The translations under genes and the position numbers were made by a program. This document shows positions 29,930 to 44,587 of a stretch of 64,000 nt of DNA, piece by piece. Under the pieces are notes generated by a model. The model did no database searches. It saw nothing but the letters and a program-made list of their open reading frames with translations, and had not been told where the DNA came from. Every line of letters begins with the position of its first letter. Position 1 is the stretch's first letter. The stretch spans positions 347,758,001 to 347,822,000 of the forward strand of contig OZ024743.1 of assembly GCA_964016885.1 (NCBI GenBank), given 5' to 3'. The stretch comes from Eledone cirrhosa. Taxonomy: Eukaryota.

Positions 29930-32900
29930 ATTCTCCCGTCGCATATTTACGTGTGAGAGTCGAACAGATTTCTCAGTGTTATATTTTACTTGTTATGCCT
30001 TAAATGTCACTTTACTCCAGATGCTGATTTACACATCAACCCGAATTTACTGCAAATGACAGGATCTTGAGCGGAGCAGGATGGAAGATTTGATTTGATC
30101 TTGGTTTCAGATCGTAGATCAGGAAGTTGAACCACACGATGTTTTTCAATAACAGCAGCAACAGCAACGTGAAAAAGAACATCTTCATCGACAACAACAC
30201 CAACAGCACTGTCACTGCTGCAACGGTTAAATAAAGACAATATTTCCATATGGACCTTACAGATAAAGCGGAACATTTGGCCAAAGTGTGGAAATTGATC
30301 AAAAGAGAAAAAAAACTGGACTAACCCAATCGTCCCGGCTCTGTTGATGGCGGCAACACAGAGGAGAACTTCTGACTTTTAGATGCATTTCAGTACAAAC
30401 CCACAAAAAGTAATTGGGCCCACAATCCGATGCGCAGGCCGTTTTGAAGTGTATCTGAGAAGTTATCGTTTATATAGTAAGGGGAAGATATTTCGGTATT
30501 ATACAAATCCGCAACCCTCGGTGAGCCCCTGTAAAATGGAACGCATTGTGATGTACAATTCCCATGTGGGGAAAAGCAGGGATGTTTCACATTCCCAGGA
30601 TCTGAAAAGGACTGGATCTATGATTGCTCCTGGAATGCGAGGAGGATACAGAGGTTATCTACATAGCCGTCATTAAAACAGCGTGAGAGGATTGACCGGG
30701 TGGATTTGCAGACTTTTCTGCAAATCTATTCGTAACAGTTGAAGAACATACCCGGATAATGTAAGCCTGCAGGACGGGTGACTGTGAACAGAAGTTCCCC
30801 TACCTCGTCTCGGGCGAAGTAATATATTTGCGAGCCTCCTTCCTTCAGCTAAACAAATTAGTGGACGTAAATCTCCGTTGCTCCCAACACAACAACAGGG
30901 ACAGCAAAATGCACCATCATCGACGCCAGCATCAGCAGCAATGGAAACCACATCAACAGCAGCAGTAGCAGCAGCAGCTATACCACCGCCAACATCTACA
31001 ACCAAGACAAAATCCATCCAATGTGAAGATGAAGAAAGCGCCCCCACTCCTTCTACCTTCCCAACATAAATACAGACATACACACACAGAGACACACAAA
31101 CCACGATCAGACACAAAAACCGCGTCTTCACGTAATGAAGACGAGGGACTAGCACAACGTCCTAAAAATCAGAAACGCAACACAGAATAAGACAACAACG
31201 CAAACGCAATATTCCCAGATACACCCCAACAACAACAACAACAACAACACAACAACAGCAACCACCACCACCTGCACTAGCAGTACAACTAGCTGAACAA
31301 TCAAATTTCAAAAACAAGTTTTTGCGAATAAGAAGGCATATGAAAAGCTGATGGCCCTTATAGCACAAAGTGAGGAAAGGAGAGAGAGGTAGAGATATTT
31401 TCCAACAACACCTTCACATTGAAGCTCAAACATATAAAAAGTTTAGGGACGAGGGAAACCCAAATGAAAAAGGCAAAAGCAGGTTTTTAAAGGGGTTCCC
31501 AAAAGTATGGCAATCGAACCACCCGATCCCCAACAGAGCTCGGAGAGTAAGCAGCGTCCCCTAATTCTTTCTCTTTCGGTCAAGCAGCCAATATGGTGAT
31601 TATAAGAGTATGTTATGTAAATGCTTCTCTCTTGGGGTCGTCCTGGAAACAGGGTCGCTTGCTGAATGCCCTCAATTTATTAGTTATAGATATGACGACA
31701 CACGCATACATTTTTCATCCGTACATTTTCCACGCTTAGTCGGCCGTGAATAGGATTTGTGGTCGCAGCGCTGTTTATGAAAGGCATGGATCTCGAGGTA
31801 AATTGTTGGTCTTGGGCATAAGAAATGACTAAAGTGAAGCTTTTAGACTGATGGCAGTCTACGATAGCGGGTGGACAGCCGGATTTCTTTAGGGAACGCC
31901 TCACCTTTTACTGTTAGCAGGGAACTGGAACGGCATCTCATACGCACGTTGAGATTGTGTGGGAAGGCTGATAGGAGTGAGGCAGCAAAAGATTCAAGTA
32001 CCTGATCAGCCAGTTCCAGTTGTTTGACAGGTACCGACGAGATTTCCCTAATGCCAGTGTGGACCTGAACCTACCGCATACGGTCTTCTAGATCATATAT
32101 TTATAGATTATTTATTACGTCAATAGATAAGGGTAGTATAGGTTGTCCACACTTTCAAACAGTCGGCTATTCAGATCACACATTTGTGATCAGTATGATC
32201 AACCTAAATAAGGCACGTAGGTTAAGAGCTGATTACTGGAAGCTGAACATGTCGTTTCTGACACATCAGGCTTACAGGGACCTGGACAACAATGTACTTA
32301 ATCAAAAGTTGTAGAGGAGAGACGTTAACAATAGGTAATGGTAAGGTCTCAGAGGAGAGATTAGAGTAATATATGTAGGAGTTAGCAAAGAATTGCGTCA
32401 AAAAAATATAAAGGATGGGAGCTAAATTAGAACAGACTATTTGAAGTCGCATTGAAGCTGACGTGCTAGCGTCGAGAATGGCATTAGACCACATCTTCAA
32501 TGTGAAATTGGAAGGCTGCATTGTCACAGTTATGGCGCATGCCCTAGAAACGAGAGACCGAAAGTTGTTTAATGGGCCCGCGCGGCAGAAGCACAGTGTG
32601 GTTACAAAATCTACAATTTGGTCTTTGACGGACAGAGTCGAACGTGAGCTGAACGATTCCAGGCAGATGTTTAAGGCCTTTCGCCAGCAATATGGTCGGC
32701 TTTTTAGGGGAGTTTGGGGGATCCCAGATGGTGGTGGACTTCAGTTCGTACCTCGATGTCCTACCGCACATCTCACCAGCCGATGCTGGTCTACGCTACG
32801 AGCCTGACTCAAATATGCCAGACTTGTTCTTCGATCCCCTCGAAGCACTCTAATGCAACTGGCAGTAGAACGGAAGTATTTCCAGTTCTGTGTGCCGGTA

Positions 32901-34140
32901 CGTAGTGACGCTTATAACGAAAGACGAGAAAAAGAAGGATACATTAGATAATTTCTGGCCCCTAACTCTGCTAAACACGGAGTTTAAGATATTGGCCAAG
33001 GTGTCAGCGAAGCTTTTGGCGCTTCGGGTCAAGGATTCGTTAAGGGAGGCGCAAACTTTCCCAATCCTGACTAGGTTCATACATGACTAACTCCGCCTCA
33101 TGCGATATATTATAGAGAGGGTTGTATGTAAACATGTATTCGGTGGGGCTCTCTTCAATTTAGATCAATTGAAAGCTTTCGATAACGTCGACCATCGATA
33201 CAGGAGACTGTGCTCAAGGCGACTGGCTTTGAGCTCGTCTTCAGAGGCTGGAACGCCGCAATGAACCGCGGAATCTGTTCGTTGGTCAAACTTTATGGTC
33301 ATATTTCGGAACCATTTCAGACCTCCTGATCTGTTCGTCACGGGTGTTCTCTCTCTTCACTTCAGTACGTATTGCCTGTCGCGTCTTTACTGCGGAAGCT
33401 GAAGCTGTTCCAGGGCATCCCTCTCGAACAGGAACACGTAAAACCTGTGTCGGCATATGCGGAAGACATCACTGTGGTGGTTCGAACACATCAGACATAG
33501 AGGTGGTCGGCATCTTTATGGTGAAATACAAAAGATTGATAGGTGCAAAACTAAATACAGAAATGTCGGTGGACTCTCAGCTCAGCACCTGGAGAGGGAA
33601 GTCCATACCATCCATCAGTGTTATCAGGCTCTGCACGGACGGACCGGTGAAGTTTGTTTCAGACCAGACCTCCAGGTGGAAAAGAATTAAGAGGAGAGTA
33701 CGAACAGTGTAGCAGCTCTCAACCAGTAATGGGCCGAGAAGAAACTGTCCCTGGACGGTCGGCCGGAGATGGCGAACGCTTACATCGCGTCCATCATATA
33801 TTACCCCCTGACCATCATGCCATGCTCCCAAATTGGAACGGCTCCTCTTGAGTTGAGGAAACAGGTTCAATTGGTGGGGTGGTCCATTGGCTACCAAAAC
33901 ACTCTACGCCGAGAGCTACGCATAAAGTGGCTAATGATGCGCAAACATGTGCTAAGGCTGCGGTATCTCCCGATATTCTACCTAAACGGTGAACAGATAT
34001 AGTCGCCGTTTGTGAGACAGGCCTTTCCACAGCTCATCTCTTTCACCGAGCTGCAGTCCTAGGTTAAGAAGAGACAGAAATTGGGCGCCTGGTATCTGGA
34101 ATTTTGCTAGGCGCTCACAGCCCTCTACAAGGTGGCTATC
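29930..34140 (+). mobile_element. Heavily decayed Tx1-clade LINE related to 7518-13410, 3' end missing
   Basis: Colinear peptide remnants: LAKVWKLIKREK, LKGFPK, YSDH, VVTLITKDEKKKDTLDNFWPLTLLNTEFKILAKV, AYAEDIT, MANAYIASIIYYPLT; many stops and frameshifts. Confidence 0.88.
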
Positions 34141-34613
34141 AATAATTCCTCGAAAAAGATTTTCTTTTCTTGACACATAAGGTCGGCTGAACATATGGTG
34201 TGGTTTTCAAGTTTTTGTAGGTTTTTGCCGTCTGATGATCTCAGGCGAAGATACTTGTTTGTTCTCAGTAAATTATGTATAACTGAGTTTTAAATAAACC
34301 AGAATCAACTGATTATGGTCTCCGATTTTTTTAGGCACTTTTTTATTCTGCTTCACAATCGAGAGACCATAATGTGGTTCGCATACCCTTGTCCAGGATT
34401 CTCAGCCCCATAATCTCTCTCTCTCGTTCTCTCTCTCACTCTCTCCCCCCTCTCTATCTCTATCTCTCTCTCTCTATCTATCTATCTATATATATATATA
34501 CGTAGGTCCCGTGTTGAATCGGGGATAACCACAGTAAGTAAGGTACTCAATACATGGCAGAGTAAATTTTTTTTATTTTATAGAAGGAGCTTCTACAGGA
34601 CTGTTTCATTCAG

Positions 34614-34668
34614 GGAGCTTCCTGAAGATTTCATCTGAATGAAACAGTACTAGTCCTGTAGAAGCTCC
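34614..34668 (+). ncRNA. Type I hammerhead ribozyme motif, family C (element 34501-34676 in (TA)n)
   Basis: ggagcttc-CTGAAGA-tttcatctgaat-GAAA-cag-tactagtc-ctg-TA-gaagctcc: perfect 8 bp stem I and GUA triplet; inverted partial copy at 34578-34613. Confidence 0.82.
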
Positions 34669-34670
34669 TT

Positions 34671-34732
<62 letters not shown>

Positions 34733-34874
34733 CACCCGTTTTACGTGTGTTGTTTGTTGTATTAAAGCGAATAACTATGTGTATACTCTTGGAATGTATC
34801 TTACATTGCCCATGGAGTACGCTGAGATACAACCGGTCCTAGCATTGATAAATCTGCTGGGTCCGTCAACATCT

Positions 34875-34970
<96 letters not shown>

Positions 34971-35181
34971 CACATACATGCTTACTCATGCATACATACA
35001 TGTGTGTGAATGTTTGTGTGGAGTGTTAGGGTGTGTGTGTTTTATATGTGCTTGTCTTGTGTAAATATCTGAAACTAGAAACATGGAATACCAAAGTTTG
35101 AAGTATACATCTTCCAATAAATAATTATCATATTTTTATTGAAGACCACTTGGCACTCTTTCTCACAAAGTTTACATACAT

Positions 35182-35219
<38 letters not shown>

Positions 35220-35972
35220 CGTAAAGTCTCTTTTCCTACTATAACAAGCGCGAAACTAATATATTTCTCCATTGTACTGTGTCGTTTGATTTGTTATATC
35301 TATTTGCGTTTTGCACACACACATACAAATATAAGTGGGTGTGTATGTGTGTCACTGTGTGTCTGTTTGTGTCAGTGTGTGTCTGTGTGTTTGCGCGCAT
35401 GCGTGCGTGTGTGTATAAATAGGTATAGATAGATACATACATACATACTTGTTGACGCCGGTGTTATATTATTTAACCCCAGGCATTGAAGCAATTACAT
35501 TATACATGTAGAAAATAGATTTACGTGAAACATTAATGCTTTTTTATATTTATCCAGATATTTATTTATGAATATATGAAAACATTATAGAAAAAGACGT
35601 TGTAGTAATGTTCTGCCCCAAGTCATCACTGATCAGACAAATATTTATAAAGTTCTTTTTTAAACCCTTCAGCAATGGAGGTATTTAATTGATCTTTTGC
35701 TTGGAAATATTTCAATGAACGAACAGCGAATCTGAATTTCTCTTCTAATGTTTTTAGCATTTAGAGATCCCCGATCAAGATAAGAGAGCAAACAATGATG
35801 CATGGTATCATAACGTGTTATGAAAGAAAATAAAAGGGGACAGGGCAGGGAAAGTATCATGGAAACATGAAAACAGAGAAACAAGGTTGTGTATATAATT
35901 GAAACTGGGGAGGATAGGTTCATGTAATCAAGAGAACAGAGACGGTCAGTTGAGATTGAAAAGATTTATGGG

Positions 35973-36193
35973 TGTTATGTTCTTACGGATAAACATGCCT
36001 AACGGAACAACAATTTTTAAATAACCAACAATCTAACACGCTAACTCGAACTGTGAACTTGAACTCCAACTTTGCCTATCAACACTCTGAGTGTCGAACT
36101 AGTACCAACTTCTCCCACTTACTCAGGCCGCTACTATTTATATGTAGTGGTCCAGCCCATTCTCGACAGGGGACGCCGTAGTCTCGCATAACA
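35973..36193. mobile_element. Solo LTR (221 bp)
   Basis: TGTTATG...CATAACA termini and a perfect 5 bp TSD ATGGG (35968-35972, 36194-36198). Confidence 0.8.
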
Positions 36194-36435
36194 ATGGGTA
36201 ATACATAAATGAATGCGGTTCAGAGTAGGAGCACACACCTCAAGCTTAATGGACACCTTCAGATTGAAGTACACAGCTAACGACTGAGATTAGGATGTTG
36301 ATGATGATGATAATGATGATGTCGTTGGCCAAACGGTTTAGATTAGATTCCCAAAGTCTGATTTACTCTGGAAAGCTACAACTGGAGCATGTAGTTCTCT
36401 CACAGGAATGGTAAAATTATTCAAGAAACAGGTGT

Positions 36436-36628
36436 GTGGATGTTTGGCAGTATCGGTAGAGGGGCAGACGCCATGCTTTTCAGCATAGAGTTACGGCCGT
36501 TTACAGCCAAGGTTCAAATTTCGCCGACGTTATATTTGCCTTTCATCCTTACGTGGTCGATAAAATAAAGCACCAGTAATGCACTGGGATAATTGCTGGC
36601 CTTGTGCGAAAAGTAGAAACAATCATTA
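36436..36628 (+). mobile_element. Meta-type SINE
   Basis: Matches 4696-4885; B box ggttcaaattt. Confidence 0.82.
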
Positions 36629-38531
36629 CGGCTGAACTGAATAGATGATATTATCACTTCTATGAAGTAATACAACCACCCGACCTAGTACACCTTGAAT
36701 TCAGAATGACTACTTTCATCCTTTTTACGGAAGACGCTTGTTTATTTTGTCTAAAGAGCGATCTAAATATCAATATCTAAGGTTGTTGGTTTTACATTGC
36801 AGAGGCTACTTGAGGCGAAAGCATGCACAGGTGATACCGAACAAGGATATATTTTTGATGTTGAGCAAATCTAGACATTGATATGAATTTGCACAATTAT
36901 TTGCGTTATCTCAGCTCCAAATTTCAATATAGATTAGATTCGAAGAATTATTACAATGTGGGCTTTAATGTCACGTGTTTGTTCTGGACCTCTTTAAACT
37001 GAGCTTATATCAACTATCATATTGAAGTTTAAATTTCTTAGCTAAACAAACAAATACTCACCATAAAAGGTGTAAATGAATTAAAGGTAGAGAAAGGAAG
37101 AAGAAATGTATTGATTGAGGAGTGGATGATGTCTGACTTTAAGGAACACTCAAATAATTGATTACTAGTGAAGACCACGCGACGAGGTTATGTATTACCC
37201 TTGTGCAATTTCCTACCAATGTGGGATATTTCGTTCCTGAGTTGACACCAAATATATTCCAAAGCATTTTCGGGTAGAGCTCTTTTCCTGTTACGACGAG
37301 GTTGCTGATAGGTCGCTTATGACACCGTAATTTAAAACAAACATGCAAATAAACGAAAATATCATCTTCAATTTATAAAACTACGGGAAGAAGCTATGGA
37401 TAAAGTTTATACATTTGATGTCTACTCATTAATTGACAGACTGGACGAATATCAAGAGACGTCCGAGCGAACAATTATCTTGATGAAGGAGGTGATCAAG
37501 ATGGGAAAAAACCTATTTGTAATGTAATAACTTATTGTTTACGACTAATGGGAAATTCCTAGTTGTAAGAAATCGACTGCTGTCAAACGTAGAGATGGAA
37601 CGGCTCTGCTACCTTTATATTTTAAAGACTATCTCAGAGAAGCTGATACCATAGAAGTAGAGGTAGAAAAGACAGAGTAAGAAGACAGCACATATATCGG
37701 TCAGACACTGGATTGTCATTGTGAAAATCTTCATTGTAATTTGTTCAATTGAACAATAGCAGCAAGAAGAACTACATTAAAACTAAATTCAATATTTCGT
37801 TAAATGAGATGAAATATTTTGTTAAATCAGATGAAGTTGCTGTTGTAATGTATCATTACAAAAAAGCTTTATATATCGTAAATTGTTCAAAAGCATTAAG
37901 AGATATAAGTCAATTATTTGTATTTTAGAATATTTGTGTGACTATGTGTGTGTAAATTATCTGTTTATTTGTGTCAGTACATACATGTTGATCAGTACAG
38001 ACATGTTGATGCGTTTGTTTGTGTGTATATTTGTGATTGTATGTAAGTATATGGCAATGCGTTTAGTTAATGTTTGAATACGCTAATATCAGTATCATTG
38101 TGAGTGATGGTTTGTATGTGTGTTTAAGTCTGTCCATATGTGTCTATTATATGTACGTATATGTCAGTGTCTCTTTGTGTGTGCTTACTTTTGTACGTGA
38201 CTCTATTTAATAAATACGCATGATGTAATCATATTCCGTAATCCAATCCTGTTAAACTGGTATGATACATTTGGACCACACTACTTATATTTTGATGGAA
38301 ATATATTTCTTTTATTTGACGACAATTAAATATGTATTACAGGTTAATAATATCCTTCCTGGACATATTTGCGTGTGCGCGCGTGTCTGTATGAGTCTAG
38401 ATGTGTGTGTTTGTGTGAGAGTGTGTGAGTGTGCAGCTAGTGATGAAGTATTTAAACATGGCGTCACATTTCAAATAGTTCTGATCAAGTACATTCTAAA
38501 ATAATGAATATATAATTTTATGTTGTGGTTG

Positions 38532-38860
<329 letters not shown>

Positions 38861-38872
38861 GGACTTCAATTG

Positions 38873-38922
<50 letters not shown>

Positions 38923-38994
38923 CGCACACACACACGCACACATACACATACACACACACACACGATATATAGATAGATAGATAGATAGATAGAT

Positions 38995-39881
38995 AACTTT
39001 CTTTTTATTTGCCACCAGGGGGTCAAAGAGTGGGACAAGTACAATGGGGGAGTTTACATAAAAAGGCGTCCTCAATAAGGAGGAGGCAATAACAAGATAT
39101 AAAATATAACAAAAATAAATTGAATAACAACATCCTCAATAGGGAGGAAGCGCCTTGGGGGGTCGCACACAATCCCGAAAAAGTGCGCAACCCTTCTCCT
39201 CACGAGCACAGTGAGAGGGTGCACCCTTGATCTTTCATCTTTCTCACCTACAGTCTGATGTAGAGTGAAGGCCCATTCACACGGGCCATTCTGGCTACTT
39301 TCATAAAAAAGGCTGGGGTGCAGCACTTCTCTCTCCCTCCTGATCCTTCTTCCCAAATGATATCGGAAGAAACGGACCAGTTGTTGGCCAGAGAGAAAAG
39401 GTCTCTGACCTCAGTCCTTTTAGATGCGTCCACCATACAACCTCTTTCGCCATGGCTATTATGCAGAGAAACACCGCCTCTCCTTCGTTTTTGAAGAGGG
39501 GGAGGCGGCTTGATCGTTACAATATACTCGGTGGTCAACCGGATCGGTCCCACCCGTGACAGCAGTCGTTCGACATAGCCCCTCAGATCGGCAATGCCCG
39601 AGCAGTGTACCAATGCGTGTGCAACGGTTTCCTCGTCGCACCCGCATCTGGGACAGATCTTTTTAGAGGGGTCCCTACCCGGGCGCCCGTGTCTGTAGAG
39701 CCTTTCTCGAACCGGCAGAGCCCCTCGGTAGCACTGCCAGGCCAGGGACCTCTGGAAGTTATCCATAGGTCCCGGGCTGAATGTCCTACCGAACAGGTTG
39801 GCCAGTTCGTTTACCTCCATGCCTAGGGCTTCTCCGAGGGCGGCGTCGCACCTGCTAACCACCAGCCCTCTATAGAATGAC
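38995..39881 (-). mobile_element. 5'-truncated Tx1-clade LINE (second family) in (GATA)n
   Basis: ORF 39248-39976: GPMDNFQRSLAWQCYRGALPVRERL..CPRC..ETVAHALVHC, homologous to the ORF2 C-terminus at 7795-8450; GATA repeats on both sides. Confidence 0.9.
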
Positions 39882-41165
39882 GATAGATAGATAGATAGAT
39901 AGATAGAAAGATAGATAGATAGATAGAATCCAGAGATATGTCGGGAGTAATGACATTCCTGGGGATTTAAATACAATTAAACAGTTTTAGTCGCCTAGAA
40001 GTCATTTCTATAGGTATAATATTTGTAAGTATAAATAAGGTACCAGGAAAAACAGTAGAAATTAGGCAGGAAGAAGTAGACAGAAGGAGAAATTTATTGC
40101 ATGTTTAATATTTAACATACGTTTCTTTACAATTACGTAACAATCTACGTCCGCTAACCACATTATACAATATTCATTCGTATGCATTACATGTACCCAT
40201 TACCTACCTACAGACACCATATTTGACAAAGCCAACTTTCTGAATTACAGACTAACTGACTGGTTTCTTTGAAACAAATTCCATTCACAAGGCTTTAGGC
40301 AGTCTATCGTTATAGAAAAAGACACTTGCCGAATTTGTTACGTAGTAGGATTGAACCCGGATCATCAATATTGTGAAACGAACTATAGGCTTATTCCGCT
40401 CTTCTTCATCAAGCTCAAAGTGTTTATTTCTCGTACCAGTGTAGAATATGGTTAAATTTCAAACTCTAAATATTATTGCGTGATATGCTGTTATTTAAAC
40501 TTCACAATCATTAAATTACGCGCGAAGTTATCAGTATAATCACAGTCTTAAATGTCAATAGTTAAAACCACTAACACACACACATACACACGCACGTGCT
40601 CACACACACACAATGTCACACATATACAACACACATCCCGACAAACTAGTCATCGCTTTTTATATTGAGAGAAAGAGAAATAGAAATTTCCTTTAAAGAT
40701 TTCGTCGCCTTTTCTCTTATCATAATATAATGGTTTTGTAAGTTTAGTTTATGTAACAATGCTTAACAAAAGTGAAGAGTAACATTAGTTCTGTAAGGAA
40801 ATAGAGGTAAGAACAAATTATCGTGCTTGCTGCTTTAACTAGATTGAGAAGTTCAACTGAGATTGGACAAGTACTTGACACCTAACACGAACAAGACACA
40901 CACCGGAGGGCAATAAGAAGGCTTGTTATAACGGTTGATGACGTTGACTAAATAAGACAGTTATTATGATGAGCCCCTTTTTCACCAACATCCTAGTGAA
41001 GAAAAATAGAAGGGAAGTGATTGGCTGCGGAAAAATGATACAGTACTTGGCCACCCCTGAGGGAATTTCTATTCGCATCGTAACACCAGCGAACAAGGCT
41101 CGTATTAGCCATTCCGATAACAGGAACTGACAATGAGAAACATATCAATTTATAGATGAGAAAAC

Positions 41166-41267
41166 GAAGAAGAAGAAGAAGAAGAAGAAGAAGAAGAAGA
41201 AGAAGAAGAAGAAGAAGAAGAAGAAGAAGAAGAAGAAGAAGAAGAAGAAGAAGAAGAAGAAGAAGAA
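41166..41267. repeat. (GAA)n microsatellite
   Basis: Directly visible. Confidence 0.97.
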
Positions 41268-41894
41268 AATAATGATGATGGTTACAAGATCAGGACCACC
41301 AACAACACTACCACATCCACCAACTCTAATAATATTAAGGAAGATGAGTGGGAGGGGGAGAAAGCAAATACGAGAACTAAGATGAGAATGAAAGCGAAAG
41401 TAGTATAAAAACGAACAAATAAGTTTGTGAATGCAATACGAATATGATAAATTAAGAAATAAGGGAAAGGCGTGCGAGAATGAAGGGGGAGGATATGTTT
41501 CTCAGAGTTGTGTATGAGAATGGTGGCGGCGGTGGCGGTGGCAGAAAATAGACACATAGATATAAAGAAACAAATATATTTAAATGTGTGGCAGTGTAGT
41601 TGTGGTATGGTGGTAGACAATGGAGACATAGATATAAAGTAACAAATATATTTAAATGTGTGGCAAAGTATTTGTGATGAGGTGGTAAGGAAGGAAGTGT
41701 GGCAGAATGATAAGAAGACGTATGGAAAAAATGGCGTGCAAATATACTTATGTGTACCGATGTAAACATTGCAAACACAAAGTGTGGCTAGCTTTCATTA
41801 AATTCGATTTCCAGCGACCACAGCATTCCGTGTTCACTTCTAGACGCCTTCTGGCCATAACTGGGCTTGTACTTGGCTTATGCTACATTACAGG

Positions 41895-42537
41895 TCTTTG
41901 TTCTTGTTCTTGCTTTTGTAGTTGTTGTTGTTGTTGTTGTTGTTATTGTTATTGCTCTTGTTATTGCTGCTATTCTTGTTGTAGTTGTAGTAACTGCTTC
42001 TTTTGATTTATTATTGCCCTTGTAAGTTGTGTTGCAGTTATTATAGTTGTTGTTGTTTGTGTGTGTGTTATTGTTGTTTTTTTTGCATTCGTTGATGCTT
42101 ATAATTACGTAGTTGTTGTAGAGGTTAATGTTATTAACGTTGTTGTTGTAAATTGGTAACGATGATGAGTCTGTTATTGGTAATACTGCTGTTGCTGCAT
42201 ATGCTAATGGCATAGCTGTTTTCATTGTTTTGCTATTATTATTGCTATTGCTGTTGTTGCTGAGCTTATTGTTTCAGTTGAAGTTACATTTGAATTATTG
42301 CTAATGAAACTTTTTGTTGTTAGTTTTTGGGTTTGCATTTACTGATACTTACACTGACGTTGTTGCTGTTGTTGTTGTAGTTGTTAAAGTTATTGGCTTT
42401 GTTGTTGTAAATTGGTAATGATGATGAGATAGTCATTGATGATGATGCTGATGATACTACTGTTTTTTTTGTTGTTATTGCTATCAATTTTTGATGTTCC
42501 TATTCTCTTTATTTTTATTATCTTTTCCAAATAAATA

Positions 42538-42569
<32 letters not shown>

Positions 42570-42605
42570 GTCGTTGTTGTTGGTGTCGTTGTTGTTGTTG
42601 TCGTC

Positions 42606-42637
<32 letters not shown>

Positions 42638-42687
42638 CGTTGTTGTTGTTGTCGTTGTTGTTGTTGTTGTCGTCGTTGCTGTTGTCG

Positions 42688-42728
<41 letters not shown>

Positions 42729-43087
42729 AGATGTGTTGATTTTGTAATTATTACAATTATTCTATTACCATATTTGTTTTTTTCTTATTGATATTACTGG
42801 TGATGCGGTTATTGTTGTTATTACCGTTGTTGCTGTTGTTGTCAGTGGTGGAGTTGGTGGCGGTGGTTATGGCGGCGGTGGCGACGGTGGAGGCGGTGGC
42901 ACGGCGGTGGCGGCGGTGGCACGGCGATGAATCGTTGACGTAGTTTACTGTTATAGCTATTGTTGTTATTTACATGGATGCAGTCACAAACGTTTTGGTT
43001 GTTATTGGTGTCGTTGTTGTTGTCGTCGTTGTTGTTGTTGTTGTTGCTATTGTTATTGTCGTTGTGGTTATTGTTGTTGTTGCTGTT

Positions 43088-43125
<38 letters not shown>

Positions 43126-43582
43126 GTGTGTTGTTGATGTTGTTGCTGTTATTGTTGTTGTTGTTGTTGTTGTTGTTGTGTGTGTTGTTGCTGTTGGTGG
43201 TGGTGTAGTCACAGCTGATGTTGTTGCTGTTGTTATAGTTCTGCTGCAGTAATTGATATAAAAATTGATGCAGTTTTTACAGTTGTTGTTGTTATTGTTA
43301 TTACCATTGATGCAGTTGTTGTTGTTGTTCTATAATAATAGTACTAGTAGCAGCAGCTGCGGCGGCGGCGGCGGCAGCAGCAGCAGCAAGATCATCAGCA
43401 GCAGGGGCAGCAGCAGCAGCAGCAGCAGCAGTAGCAGTAGTAGTAGTAGTAGTAGTGGCGGTGGCGGTGGTGGTGGCAGTAGTAGTGGAGGTTGTGGTGG
43501 TGGTCGTGGTGGTAGTAGTAGCAATGGTGGTGTCGTGGTAGTAGTAATAGTAGTAGTAGTGGAGGTCGCGGTGGTAGTTGTG

Positions 43583-43624
<42 letters not shown>

Positions 43625-43822
43625 ATAGTAGTAGTAGTAGTAGTAGTGGCGGTGGTGGTGGCAGTAGTAGTAGTGGAGGTTGTGGTGGTGGTCGTGGTGG
43701 TAGTAGTAGCAATGGTGGTGGTCGTGGTAGTAGTAATAGTAGTAGTAGTGGAGGCCGTGGTGGTGGTTGTGTTAGTAGTAGTAGTGGAGGTTGTGGTGGT
43801 GGTAGTAGTAGTAGTGGAGGTT

Positions 43823-43877
<55 letters not shown>

Positions 43878-43941
43878 AGGTTGTGGTGGTGGTAGTAGTA
43901 GTAGTAGGAGTAGTAGTAGTAGTAGCAGTAGTAGTAGTAGC

Positions 43942-44003
<62 letters not shown>

Positions 44004-44265
44004 CTGGTGTTGTTGGTCTTACCATTGGTGCAGTTGCTTTAAAGTTATCGTTGGATGTAGTTATAATTATTTATGATGACAATGATAATAGTGATGGTAG
44101 TACTGGTTGCATCGATGTTGTAATTGCTGTGGTTGTTGCTTATGGTAATGCTGATGCTGCTGTGGTTATTGGAGCCGATGTCCTCGTTGGAGTAGTAGTA
44201 TTTGTTATTGTTGGTAGTGATGGTGGTGACGGTGGTGGTGGCGACGGAGGTGGCGGTGGTAGTGT
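41895..44265. repeat. Long compound trinucleotide field (GTT/GTA/GTG/GCA) with internal block duplications
   Basis: Directly visible; a block at about 43450-43575 recurs at about 43640-43765. Confidence 0.92.
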
Positions 44266-44324
44266 CGTTTTTTGTAGTATTTATAGATGTTCAGATTCTT
44301 GTTCATACAGTTACAATTGTCCAT

Positions 44325-44506
44325 AATAATTGTTTCTACTTCTGGTACAAGGCCAGCAATTACTCAGTGTATTACTGGTACTTTATTTTATCGACCCCAC
44401 AAGGAGGAAAATCAAAGTTAAGCTCGGCGGAATTTGAACTCAGAAAGGCAAGGGACGTAACTCTATGCGTGAAAGCATGGCGTCCGACGCAATACCGATA
44501 CTGCCA
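44325..44506 (-). mobile_element. Meta-type SINE
   Basis: Reverse complement of the family consensus. Confidence 0.85.
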
Positions 44507-44587
44507 AAATAATGATGATAATATATATTATTTGATTTATTTCAAGCGCATTCTATATCTTCTCTTTTAATGACGCATTATTATATA

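Noticed and set aside
36650-37750. Possible decayed DNA-transposon (MULE-like) coding remnant
   Set aside because: Only faint peptide similarity and no termini; not supportable without a search.
43265-44326. 353 aa poly-Val/Ser/Gly ORF and the antisense poly-Thr ORF
   Set aside because: Trinucleotide repeat field open in several frames, with no domain or splice support.
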